From Octopus vulgaris (taxonomy: Eukaryota): DNA of 64,000 nt. Each line of letters opens with the position of its first letter. Position 1 is the stretch's first letter. Positions 1-11,043 of the stretch are shown one piece after another. A program made the translations under genes and the position numbers. The notes under the pieces were generated by a model. It was not told where the DNA came from. It saw only the letters and a list, made by a program, of their open reading frames with translations, and searched no databases. The stretch is from the NCBI GenBank assembly GCA_951406725.2, contig OX597823.1:104098001-104162000 (forward strand). Direction: 5' to 3'.

Positions 1-1005
1 ACAGAAAGATACACAGAGAGAAAAAAACACAGAAAGAAGGAGAGAAAAAAAAATGCGTGCAGTAACTAACGAATCAACATGGCGATCTGATTTCGGCCAG
101 AGGTCAAAGATCAAACATGAGACGCGAGAGCGAAATAAGGGGAGATAATAGGGTTGATAATAGGGTTGAATGACCAGCTATTAGTGCGTAGGAGGGGTCT
201 GGACGTGTGTATGTATAGGGTTGGTGTATGTATTAGTATGTATTAGTATGTATAAGGGTGTGTGTGTGTGTTTGTGTGTGTATGAGAGAGTATTAGTGCG
301 TGGGATAGGTCTGGACGTGCGTATGTATGGGATTGGTGTATGTATTAGTATGTATTAGTATGTATTAGTACGTATTAGTATGTATAAGTGTGTGTGTGTG
401 TGTATGAGAGAGTATAAGTGCGTATGAGGGGTCTGGACGTGTGTATGTATAGGGGGGGTGTATGTAGTAGTATGTATTAGTATGTATTGGTACGTATTAG
501 TATGTATTAGTTGGTGTATGTATTAGTATGGCACATCATATATGATGGGATGTGTAAAGTCGTGTGGTGTAGTGAGGAGAAGAGGGGGAGGGGGAGAAGA
601 GGGGGAGGGGGAGAAGAGGGGGGAAGGGGAGGGGAAGAAGAGGGGGAGGATAGGGGGGAAGAGGAGAGGAGGGGGGAGAGAGAGAGGAGGGGGAGAAGGA
701 AGGGGCGGAGGAGGGGGGAGGAAGGAGGAAAGATGGAGAGGGGGAGAGAGAAGGGGAGTGAGGGAGCAGAGGGAAGGGGAAGAGGGAAGGAGGGAGGGAG
801 AAAGAGGGAAGAAGGGAAGGGGAGTAGGGGTGAAAGGATGAAGGACTGAAGAAGTAGGGGTCGGGGGGAGGATAGGTGAGGAGGGGGGAGAGAGGGGGTT
901 AGATGAGGAGGGGGGAGAGTTGAGACCAAATGGCGTATAAGAGCGAAGAGAGAAGATTAATTCCTGTTCACGGCGCAAACGGGAATCCGGATGGCCTCTG
1001 TGTAA
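1..1005 (-). mobile_element. Penelope-like retroelement 3' portion (GIY-YIG C-terminus plus pyrimidine-rich 3' region)
   Basis: Minus strand 919-1005 translates LHRGHPDSRLRREQELIFSLRSYTPFGLN, which fits the R..E..LI..L....P.GLN end of PLE GIY-YIG endonucleases. It abuts (TA)n at 1006. Window bases 1-8 (ACAGAAAG) match the start of the HHR motif at 41430-41437, so an HHR probably lies just off-window. AAGGGGAGATAATA is shared with the ~41540 remnant. Confidence 0.75.
179..510. repeat. ~115-120 bp tandem repeat (3 copies) inside the PLE 3' region
   Basis: TATTAGTGCGT..GGTCTGGACGTG(T/C)GTATGTAT..GGTGTATGTATTAGTATG recurs at ~179, ~291 and ~412. Confidence 0.8.
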
Positions 1006-1037
1006 ATATATATATATATATATATACATATATACCC

Positions 1038-1470
1038 GTGTGATGCACTCTCTCTCTCTCTTGTCTTCATTCTTTCCCCTTACCTTTCTTTCGTCCTCTC
1101 ACTTCTACCCTAGGTTTTCCACTTTCTCGTTTTCTCACCCTCACACTACTATTCTAACCTTTATACTTTCTCCTTTGCTCTCTCTCCCACTTGTATTCCT
1201 AGCCTTTCTCTTCTCTCTTTTTTCTCACTTCATCCTTCCCCTTTTTTTTCTCTTTGTCGTTCTCTCTCCCTCTCTCTTACTGACCCGCGGCCAGCTTTCT
1301 CCCTTTCTCAATATGGGAAACCCACAGTCTTATCATTAATGGTGCGAAACTGAGTATTACCAATTGGCTGATAACCGATGAAGAATTAGGGACCCTCTGT
1401 GTTTGTCTCCCGTCCAGTTTTACACTCAATATACGTTATGTCGTTTGTTTATTTACCATACATTTTTTTA
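1038..1470 (+). mobile_element. Probable second PLE 3'-region remnant, back-to-back with the first across (TA)n
   Basis: CT-rich tract followed by GATAACCGATGA (1370), which resembles the HHR 5' half at 46221 (GATAACCGAAGA), and a T-rich end. Confidence 0.35.
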
Positions 1471-1509
1471 TTTATTAAGTAATGGAACGCAACACACACG
1501 GAATTAGTA

Positions 1510-1571
<62 letters not shown>

Positions 1572-1863
1572 TGTATGTATGTATGTATGTATGTATGTAT
1601 GTATGTATGTATGTATGTATGTATGTATGTATGTATGTATGTATCAAACGAAGCTTTTGCACAGTTTGCGTTCACCAAATTCGTTCGCAAGACATCGGTC
1701 GGCCTTGAACAAATAGAAGCAAACATTTGCCCAAGATGGCTCCCAGTGGAAGTGGGGACACCAAAGCACGTGGTTACGAAACTAACTTCTTAAATAAGCA
1801 GCCATTTTCTCCATATTTAAAGCTCTAGTATTTCCTCTATTTTACTTTCTGAAATATTTCAAG

Positions 1864-2076
1864 ATACTTTCAACGATGCTTGCATTCAAAGGCATATCTA
1901 TACCAGATGGTGCATTCAACGGGTTATAACATCTGTTTCGCATGAAGTAAACGTCACAGGTTTATTCGTTTATTTATTTATTCATCCATTAACTTATTTT
2001 TTCTTCTTTCTAGTTCAGGTTGTCGTCATTTAAGTTTGCTACTTATAGCTATTGACGATTACAGTCTTCATAGCCC

Positions 2077-2080
<4 letters not shown>
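1864..2080 (+). pseudogene. Possible decayed leucine-rich-repeat exons
   Basis: After an AG at 1862-63 the frame reads ILSTMLAFKGISIPDGAFNGL*HLFRM (LRR-like IPxGAFxGL). After a strong pyrimidine-TAG acceptor (~2013) it reads [20 protein letters not shown]. An in-frame stop is present. Confidence 0.25.
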
Positions 2081-2136
<56 letters not shown>

Positions 2137-2181
2137 AACACACACAAACACGCTTATACACGCATTAGAAGAAAGGGACAT

Positions 2182-2228
2182 CCATACGTATTCGTTTTGA
2201 TCAGCAGTGATCTAAACCCCTCATGTCG
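2182..2228 (-). ncRNA. Decayed hammerhead ribozyme-like motif
   Basis: Minus strand: CGA-CATGAGGG-GTTTAGATCA ctgc TGATCAAAAC-GAATACG-TA-TGG. Stem II is intact, both core strands carry insertions, and it lies between (TA)n tracts. Confidence 0.35.
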
Positions 2229-2280
2229 TATATATATATATATATATGTATATATTTATATATATATATATATATATATT

Positions 2281-2648
2281 TCATAAAGATCCATTAAATA
2301 CTTTTTACCTAGTTTTGGATCATAAAAAATGACTAAAATTTGGTTAATCCCCCATTAGAGGGTCTTAGAATCATCCAAAGAAATGGAAATTTTGAGTATA
2401 TTTTTAAAAAAAATTTCTAATACCTATGGTTTAAATTTCACAAAAATCCGAAGCTTTTGAATTTTCAGGGGAAGTGGTTCTGCCCCACTTTATGTCCCCT
2501 CAAAATTGTATTAAACATACGGCATTACCCTTCTCCCTAGGCTTGGATTTTGTGCTCGAAATTTCATTAGGATCGGTCCAGTAGTTTTCGAATCTATAAG
2601 TAACACACGAACATACGAACATACAGACATTGACTTTTGTATAATAGA
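2281..2648 (-). mobile_element. Non-autonomous Helitron-like element, 5' part
   Basis: Minus strand starts A|TCTATTATACAAAAGTCAATGTCTGTATGTTCG...GACCGATCCTAATGAAATTT, the same layout as the complete Helitron at 27773. The 3' end is lost in (TA)n. Confidence 0.55.
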
Positions 2649-2863
2649 TTAGAGACAAGAAAGTAAATTTCGAACGCGGTATAGCTGTGAAAACAACAGA
2701 AAGATTGGGTATTTTATCCTTTTACCCAAATAGGATGGGAGCATAAAGAACTCAGTCTTTCTGTTGCTTTCACAGCCATACTGCATTCGAAATTTACTTC
2801 CCACTCTGTAAAATACCAAGCACATTCGACGCTTCCAAAGTTTGTTTGTTTGTTTGTTTTTGT

Positions 2864-2958
<95 letters not shown>

Positions 2959-3032
2959 CAAAATAAGTAACAAGGATATCCAAAAGGTAATGCATTACGA
3001 TCGTTTCATGCGATATATATATATATAAATAT

Positions 3033-3071
<39 letters not shown>

Positions 3072-3297
3072 CATACATACATACATACATACATACATAC
3101 ATACATACATACATACATACATACATACATACATACCTGCTCACACATACACTCTTACATATACATATACATAAACACACTGAAACATACAAACATTCAT
3201 AAACGTATGTGGTAGTATATTTTCGTGCGAACGTTTGAGTATACGAATACAAACAGGAACTAAATGTATGTCTGAATGTGTGCGTACATATGTATAC

Positions 3298-3380
<83 letters not shown>

Positions 3381-3740
3381 CGCGTGATTGAATGAATGCG
3401 TATGTGAGTGCACGATCATGTATGCGCGAACGTGTATACTTTACATATATGTGTATATGCTTGTGTTCGTCCGTTAGGAAAGGGATCGAAACAGATCTGA
3501 TTCGTTTCTATGAATGGGATTAGATTAGATAAGACGGAACAGGCTTTGACGAAACAACAGTATTTTGACACATAGGTTTCATTCCGTTATATTTAACCAT
3601 CTTTACGAGATTATTCTAGAAAATAAATTCCCTACCCACGGCAGTGAGCAGATTCGAATGTCATGATCGAGATACATCAACGATGATTTTCTTTTCTTTT
3701 TTTCCTTTTATACTTACTACTTCCTGATACATGTTGAAGG

Positions 3741-3839
<99 letters not shown>

Positions 3840-3897
3840 TGATAATAATAATAACAACAACAACAATAATAACAATAATGATAATAATAATAATAAT

Positions 3898-4456
3898 AAA
3901 TGCCTTCATGCAGTACCAAGCAGTGGCTCTCATGACTGCTGATCTTAACTGATTGGAAGTGTTATCATGTACATTGTTTTGTCTTGGTATAAAAGATGAG
4001 CTACAGTAAATATTCTGCTCAATACCACAGATTTGCTTGTTACTTGTTTGACCATAACCAGTTGAGCATGTCCCTTAGTGGCTGACGATATGTACATCTC
4101 TTGATCATGGGCAGAAGTAGTGGGGGAGCATCATAGCCGTGTGTTGTAAGGAATTCTTGGTGGTTTGGATAATTCACCTTTGGAAACATGGATAGTTCGT
4201 TCAACATCCTTAAACAACCCTTATTCAGGGACCTTTTGAGCGAGATGGGTTACTCGACCAGAAGAAAATTCTAACTGGGCCCCACCTGCAAGGTCATGCG
4301 CTGTTTATCTTGATTTGAGATCACCATGTCAGGCACATATGGTTGTGATGCATGTGCCTAGTGTACCCTTATCAGACGGCTAGTCCTGATGGGTATACTG
4401 GGCTTCGTATATTTTACCCCAGTGTCACTTTGATGGCATGCAATACTCTCTCACTC
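3898..4456 (+). mobile_element. ~560-bp (TAA)n-embedded interspersed element, copy 1
   Basis: AAATGCC...CTCTCTCACTC flanked by (AAT)n on both sides. Near-identical copies occur at 13241, 32886 and 35133. Confidence 0.9.
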
Positions 4457-4540
<84 letters not shown>

Positions 4541-4542
4541 AA

Positions 4543-4573
<31 letters not shown>

Positions 4574-4656
4574 AAGAAGAAGAAGAAGAAGAAGAAGAAG
4601 AAGAAGAAGAAGAAGAAGAAGAAGAAGAAGAAGAAGAAGAAGAAGAAGAAGAAGAA

Positions 4657-4851
4657 CCTTTCTGCTGTAGGCACAAGGCCTGACATTTTGGGGGAGGGAC
4701 TAAGTCAATTACATCAACCCCGGTGTTCAAGATTAAAAGCCTGAAAGGCAAAGTCGACCTCGGCAGAATTTGGAATAAGAATGTGAAGACTGACGGAAAG
4801 CTGGTAAGCATTTTGTCTGACGTCCGAACGATTTTGCCAGCACACAGTCTT
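4657..4851 (-). mobile_element. tRNA-derived SINE family A
   Basis: Contains AAAGGCAAAGTCGACCTCGGCAGAATTTG and GCACAAGGCCTGA, as in the other family A copies. Confidence 0.8.
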
Positions 4852-4857
4852 AATAAT

Positions 4858-5944
4858 AAGCTTTTTAATAAGAATAAAAATATAGATAGATTCCTTAATA
4901 CAGACTGTAAGACTTTTCAGCAAAGATACAGGCATGGAATTTGGCACAGATAAGTGTGCAGTATTAATCATGAGAAGGGAACAGGTTGTCAACAGCGAAG
5001 GCATACAATTACCAGATGGCCAGATATTAAATCATTGAAAGAAGAAGAGAGTTATAAGTATCTAGGAGTATTAGAATCTGACAGGGTACAAACTATAGAA
5101 ATGAAAACGAAAATTGAGGAGAAAATCAGAAGGGTAAGGAAGTTAATGAAATCAAAGCCAAATGATCCAAATCTAGTGAAGGTTGTATATACTTGGGCGG
5201 TATCATTACTTAGATACTCAGTAGCTTTTGTAGATTGGACAAAAAACTGAATTAGCAAAGCTAGACAGGGGAACTAGGGAGGGATTCAATATGAATAGAG
5301 GACTGCACCCAAGGGCAGAAATAGCAAGAGAATACTTATCTAGAAAGGAAAGTGGTAGAGGGCTAATGTCAGTAGAAAACTGCGTGGAGTTAGCTAGAGT
5401 AGATATAGGTAATAGTAAAGAAAGTTTATTAAAAATTGCTTGAGTCACAGGAAGACATAGGGAAACCAAAAACCCAAACGAAGCCAAAAACCAGAAAAAA
5501 ATAACAAAGGTCATCTGACTGGTAGGAGAAGGCTTTGCATGATAGGTTCCCAAAGATAGTTGACATGGTAAAACATGGTTATGGTTGCAGAAAGGAAGGA
5601 TCAAAGGGTAGACAGAAAGCTGGTTAGTAGCTGTATAAGATCATGTATTAAGGACTAATCGGATAAAAGGCAAGATAGAAAAAAACCAACTAGATTCTCT
5701 ATGTAGGTTATGCAAATTAAAAGAGGGAAGTGTAACTCACATAGTATATGAATGTAGTATGCTTACACAGAACGAATACATTAAAAGACATGACAACTTA
5801 GGAAAAGTAATCCACTGGGAGTTATTCAGGTCAAAAGAGTAAGAAGACGAACCTAATAAAGGACTAGAAAGTAAAAGACTTAAGATGTTGTGGGACTTTA
5901 ACATTCAGACTGTTAGAACAGTAGAAACTAGGAGGCCTAATTTG

Positions 5945-5955
<11 letters not shown>
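4858..5955 (+). pseudogene. R4/Dong-clade non-LTR retrotransposon fragment (RT C-terminus, CCHC knuckle, restriction-like endonuclease)
   Basis: Frameshifted translation gives FSKDTGMEFGTDKCAVL, YKYLGVLE, TWAVSLLRYS, LSRKESGRGLMSVE, CRLCKLKEGSVTHIVYEC, KRHDNLGKVIHW, MLWDFNIQT and RRPNLVVV. Confidence 0.9.
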
Positions 5956-6004
<49 letters not shown>

Positions 6005-6254
6005 AGGTGATTATAATGACGAAAGTGAGCGGCGTGAAATGAATCACCAATCAGGATGAGAATGAGGATGATGTTGAGAAGGATGAAGAGGCGGGCCAGT
6101 AGAGGTTATGACGATGACGGCGGCGACGATGTTGATGATGATGATGATGGTGGTGGTGATTGTAGTGGTGGTGATGATGATGATGACGATGATGATGATG
6201 ATGATGATAATGGTAGTGATGGTAGCGGTGATGATGATGATGATGCTGATGATA

Positions 6255-6307
<53 letters not shown>

Positions 6308-6420
6308 GGTGGTGATGATGATGGTGGTAGTGATGATGATGATGATAATGATATGAGGATGATGATGGTGGTGGTGGTTGTGGTGGCGATGATGTTGATG
6401 AGGAGGAGGATGAGGTTCTT
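5945..6420. repeat. Compound triplet microsatellite (AGT)n/(GAT)n/(GGT)n
   Basis: Directly visible; it explains the poly-D/M/S/I ORFs. Confidence 0.95.
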
Positions 6421-6777
6421 GAAGAATGTAAACTTCAATTTTGTCGGTAAGCGCAAGCAATAATTAGACCTGCATCTCTCAAACTAATTAAAGTGAAACT
6501 GTTTTGTTTGGTGTGGAGAAAACTGGTTTGACCGGACTGACAACTAAAATGGTCCTTCTCCATAGGCAGCATGTCCTCACCCCCCCACCTATGCTCTCTT
6601 TTATCTGCGATCTCCGCTATAAGTAAGACACGGTTGAGTGACCAGTTGTTCAATAGAATATGTAAGTCATCGGTGCAATCGGCGCCAAGACGTGATTTAT
6701 CTGATCCAACTCTGTATTATTCAACTATTGTAAAGGGCGGAAGTGAGGCTACGATCTCCGTTTTCGTATTTCTTTAG

Positions 6778-6858
6778 GTGAATCGGCTTTTGCCTGGCCA
6801 TAAAATCAATAACTACGCCTTTCGTGATCATCGCTTGACCAGTGCATTTGAAGTTATT
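6778..6858 (+). CDS. Candidate 81-nt internal coding exon (VNRLLPGHKINNYAFRDHRLTSAFEVI)
   Basis: Acceptor TTTTCGTATTTCTTTAG| and donor |GTGAGT. Length is 27 codons and only the phase-0 frame is open. The sequence is non-repetitive. Confidence 0.4.
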
Positions 6859-7039
6859 GTGAGTGGCCATTGTATCTGACATCATTATTGGGTGGGTAAT
6901 CGGTGTAAAGGGCTTCATTTCATTATTGGGAGAACAACAAAAGACTGACGCTATCAGTGAATTATTGATGGAGATGATGTCATCTGTGGACGATAAATTG
7001 TAGTTCACATCATCTGAAGATATCAACGTGTGGGCGATG

Positions 7040-7552
7040 CTGATGGCGTCATAAATGGACGATCATATCAAATGACGTTATAAATGGTTGATGGGATCAA
7101 ATGACGCTATAAATGGGTGAGGAGATCAAATGACGCTATGAACTGGTGATCAAAGGAAATGAGGTCATAAACAGGCTAGCGGATCAAATGATTTTTTTGA
7201 ATGGGTTATCAAAGCCAATGATCAAAGCAAGTGACGTCATAGACGGGTGAAAGACGTCATAACTGAGTGCGCAGACCAAATGAAGTTTTGAATGGGCGCT
7301 CAAGTCAAATGACATCCTAAATGAGCAATCGGGGCATGTGACGTCATGAATGAATCGTTGGCTTATGTGACATCATGAATGGATGATCGGAGCAGGTGAC
7401 GTTATGAGTGGGTAACCATACGCAATGATGTCATGAATGGATATCGGAGCAATTCACGTCATGAATGAGCGCTCAGAGTAAATGGTGTCATGATTGAGCG
7501 CTCAAAACAAATAATGTTATAAATGGGTAATAGAAGTAGATGACGTCATAAC
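7040..7552. repeat. Degenerate 29-bp minisatellite (~18 units) with a CRE-like core
   Basis: TGACGTCA-like octamers start at 7044, 7073, 7102, 7131, 7160, 7189, (7219, 7232, 7252), 7281, 7310, 7339, 7368, 7397, 7426, 7454, 7483, 7512 and 7541. Approximate consensus: AAATGACGTCATGAATGGGYGATCRGAGC. Confidence 0.9.
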
Positions 7553-7619
7553 TCTGACGGTAAAAGAGATGTTAACGGTTTTGCTAGCTAGTTGATAGTA
7601 TGGGTTGCTTGGTTACTGA

Positions 7620-7805
7620 TACTATTGTTTAGTCCCAGGTCAGTTCTGATCAAGCAAACCTAATCTATGCTAATGAACGCTTCAGCGTTGTAATACCTAG
7701 GACTGATTTATCCAGTATTTCCTTCCTGTTCTAAGGCGTGAAAGGATGGTTTCAGGGAAATTTATTTACTGTTTGTAGCAAGTCAAGATGTTAAACCACA
7801 GAGAT
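7620..7805 (+). mobile_element. Ancient interspersed repeat (family D)
   Basis: TATTGTTTAGTCCCAGGTCAGTTCTG...CCAGTATTTCCTTCCT. Related segments lie at 21652/21985, ~12310-12480 and ~40440-40560. Confidence 0.6.
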
Positions 7806-7835
7806 ACTAAAGACCACGCAGCAGCAGCAGCAGAT

Positions 7836-7890
<55 letters not shown>

Positions 7891-7984
7891 AACCAGTAGC
7901 AGAAGCAGCAGTAGTAGTAGTAGTAGTTGTTGTAGCAGCAGCAGCAGTAGTAGTTGCAGTAGCAGCAGTAACAGTAGTAGTAGC

Positions 7985-8042
<58 letters not shown>

Positions 8043-8290
8043 TGGTGGTTGTAGTAACTGTAGTACTGCTGCGGACAGTGGTGGTAGTGATGGTGTTAGT
8101 GGGAGTAGTAGTAGTTTTGCTGGTGGCGGTAGTGGTGGTGGTAATGATGGTAGTGATAGTAGCAGTGGTGGTTGTAGCGGTGGTGGCGGTAGTAGGTACA
8201 GTAGTAGTAGTAGTAGTAGCTATTGTTGATGTGGTTATTGCCTCTTGTGTACACAAACTATTGCGTGCATGTGTGCTGCCGCGTATGCGT

Positions 8291-8352
<62 letters not shown>

Positions 8353-8689
8353 ATGTGTGTGTGTGTGCGTGCGTGTGTTTTCAAGAGATCCTTGACCTAT
8401 ACAATTACAGTAAACATTGAAACCTTGAATGGAGCAGCTCATGTCTAACCCAGAAGACATGTAATCACTTTTGGTATTCAATTATGTGAAAATGCCATTC
8501 TTTATGGAAGCCTCTGCTTAACCGCCGAACCTTCTCATATGCAACGTTGTTAGCAACAGAAGCTATAACAACACCAGGAACGAATAACCTACAACGATGC
8601 GATTAATAATGGAGGTCACACATTCAACAACTACTGCTATTACTACATATTACTAATGCTGCTGCTTTGTTTGTTTGTTTGTTTGTTGA

Positions 8690-9027
8690 GCGGAGCGGTC
8701 TTCGTCCGTAGTGGGAGAAGTCCGAAGACCCACAGAAGAGAAAGCAGGTCAAAAACCCGACACCGAGAGCATCGAGGGATGGATGAATGCGCATCCAGGC
8801 TCAGCGGTTGCGTAGAAAGTTGGGGACAAGAAACAGGAAGAAAGAGTGAGAGAAAGTTGGAGCGAAAGCGTACAACAGGGATCGCCACCGCCCCCTGCCG
8901 GAGCCTCGTGGAGCTTTAGGTTTTTTTTTCGCTCAATAAACACACACAACACCCAGTCTGGGAACCGAAACCGCGATCCTCCGACCGCGAGTCCGCTTCC
9001 CTAGCCACTGGGCCATTGCGCCTCCAC
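8690..9027 (-). mobile_element. tRNA-derived SINE family C
   Basis: Minus-strand head GTGGAGGCGCAATGGCCCAGTGGCTAGGGAAGCGGACTCGCGGTCGGAGGATCGCGGTTTCGGTTCCC has Pol III A/B boxes. A second copy lies at 26107-26469. Confidence 0.85.
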
Positions 9028-9111
9028 ACTGCTGCTGCTACTTCTGTTTACTAACATCATCATCATCATCGTGACCATTGCTACAACTACTACTAACAAT
9101 AGTAATAATAA

Positions 9112-9537
9112 TCCTTTCTACTAAAGGCCTGGAATTTGGAGGGAGAGGACTAAACGACCCCAGTGTTTCAATGGCACTTTATGTCTTGACTCCGGAATGA
9201 TTAAACGCAAAGTCGACCCCAGCAGAATTTGAACTCAGAACATAAAGACTGAGAAATGCAGCTAAGCATTTTGTCCAGCGTGCTGAAGATTCTGCCAGCT
9301 CGCAGACTTACTACTAATAATAATGGTTTCAAATTTTTCCACTAGGGCTGCAATTTGGGGGAGGAGATGAGTCGATTACATCGACCCCAGCGTTCAACTG
9401 GTACTTATTTTATCGACCCAGAAAGCATGAAAGGCGAAGTCAGCCTCGGTGAAATTTGCATTCAGAGCGTAAAGACAGACAAAATACCACTAAGCGTTTT
9501 GCCCGGCAGGCTAAAGAGTCTGCTAGCTAGCCGCTTT
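9112..9537 (-). mobile_element. Two tandem SINE family A copies
   Basis: Two successive copies (9112-9311, 9325-9537) carrying GTCGACC../GAATTTGAACTCAGAAC, separated by (TAA)n. Confidence 0.85.
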
Positions 9538-9539
9538 AG

Positions 9540-9620
<81 letters not shown>

Positions 9621-9685
9621 TGATGATGATGATTTCATTTAGTTGCCACAAGGGCGAAGGATGAGGGGACAATAATATTATTATT

Positions 9686-10214
9686 AAGGCGGCGAGGTGG
9701 CAGAATCGTTAGCAGGCTGGGATCTATTATATCTCGTTGCTCTATGATGATTCTTCGAACAGAGTGGTGACATTTAGTAGAGATGACCCGGAAGTTGTTC
9801 CTCTTCGATTACTATCGTAAACAGCAGTAGCTTTCTTCAACCGAATACACGTCGTTGGTTGGTTGATATTACCCAAATACGACAAATTTAACACGAAATA
9901 ACTTCTAAAATAGGAAATTTTGTCAAAAACGTTCATAGTAAACCGTGTTCTACGTGAGAAATTCTACAAGTATTCGAAATTTCAAACTGTTTAGTTAAAA
10001 AAAAATTAATTAAAAAATCTGTGATTGAGATGGAATTCATCCCCACGCTGGATGAAACGCTTAGCGATATTTCGCCCGTCGCTACATTCCGCCGAGGTCG
10101 ACTTTGCCTGCCATCCTTCGGGATCGATAAATTAGGTACCAGTGAAATTTTGAGGTCGATGTAATCGACAGGTCCCCTCCCCAAAATTTCAGGTCTTGTG
10201 CCTTTGTAGAAAGG

Positions 10215-10215
<1 letters not shown>
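9686..10215 (+). mobile_element. SINE family A interrupted by a MITE
   Basis: The head AAGGCGGCGAGGTGGCAGAATCGTTAGCA at 9686 resumes at ~10043 as CACGCTGGATGAAACGCTTAGCG...GTCGACTTTGCC. Confidence 0.85.
9720..10042. mobile_element. MITE with GG...CC termini and imperfect 8-bp TSD (Merlin-like)
   Basis: Left end GGATCTATTATATCTC; right end GAGATGGAATTCATCC (reverse complement GGATGAATTCCATCTC). The flanks GCAGGCTG and CCACGCTG are each one mismatch from GCACGCTG. Confidence 0.55.
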
Positions 10216-10258
<43 letters not shown>

Positions 10259-10274
10259 TATCATCATGTTTGGA

Positions 10275-10745
10275 CTCATGGCCTAGTAGTCAGGGTGTTG
10301 CACTCGCGATCGTTAGAACGTGGTTTCTATTCCCAGCCCAAGTGGTACGTTGCGTTCTTGAGCAAAACACTTCATCTCACGTTGCTCTGCGATCACTTCA
10401 ACACCTGACGCGTCGTACATCGATTTGATGGTGGGAGGGCGCTAATGTACAGCACAGACATTCGATCACCATTAACAAATTATTGTCCAGAAAGAGCAGA
10501 CCACTCCTACGTCATCTTCGATGGGAGAGTCGATCATCATTATCATTACGAAAGGGGTGGGATGTCGAAATCGTTAGCATGCTGGGCAAAATGCTCTACA
10601 GCATTTCGTCGTTACGTTCCGAGTTCAAATTCCACCGAGTCCGACTTTACTTTTCGTCCTTCCGGAGTCGATAAAATAAGTACCAGTTGAACACTGGGGT
10701 CGATGTATTCGACTTAAACCCTCGCCTCAAATTTCAGGCCCTGTG
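10275..10745 (+). mobile_element. tRNA-headed SINE (family C-related) followed by SINE family A
   Basis: ATGGCCTAGTAGTCAGGGTGTTGCACTC...TTGAGCAAAACACTT at 10279, then a family A copy at ~10550-10745. Confidence 0.7.
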
Positions 10746-11004
10746 CAGTGTTATTGTTTTTGTTGTAGTTGTAGTCGTTGTTGTCAACGTCGTCGTCGTC
10801 ATCATCATCATCATTGTCGTCGTCTAGGAGATCATCATCATTTCTATGTAAAAAAAAATCATTTCTATGTAAAAAAAATTATGCAGAGGAAATGAAAAAT
10901 GAAAATAAAAGAAAACATATCCTCACCATCGATGCCCCTAGTACCACCACCGCCACCCACCACTACCAAGTCCCCACTACACTACATTACCACCAGCACT
11001 ACTA

Positions 11005-11043
<39 letters not shown>

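Noticed and set aside
1340-1400. HHR pieces GCGAAACTGAGTA and CCGATGA
   Set aside because: The halves are in the wrong order and lack matching stems, so this was not counted as a ribozyme.
3480-3505. GAAACAGATCTG palindrome resembling HHR stem III
   Set aside because: There is no CUGANGA-like strand or stem I upstream.
6721-7026. 101-aa minus-strand ORF
   Set aside because: It has a TTG start, no recognisable motif and no splice signals. The opposite-strand exon model fits better.
7040-7552. CRISPR-like reading of the conserved-plus-variable 29-bp array
   Set aside because: The variable parts are ~10 nt and related to each other, the repeats are degenerate, no cas genes are present, and the context is eukaryotic.
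8950-9027. tRNA gene
   Set aside because: The tRNA-like A/B boxes continue into a SINE body repeated at 26107-26469, and there is no proper acceptor stem.
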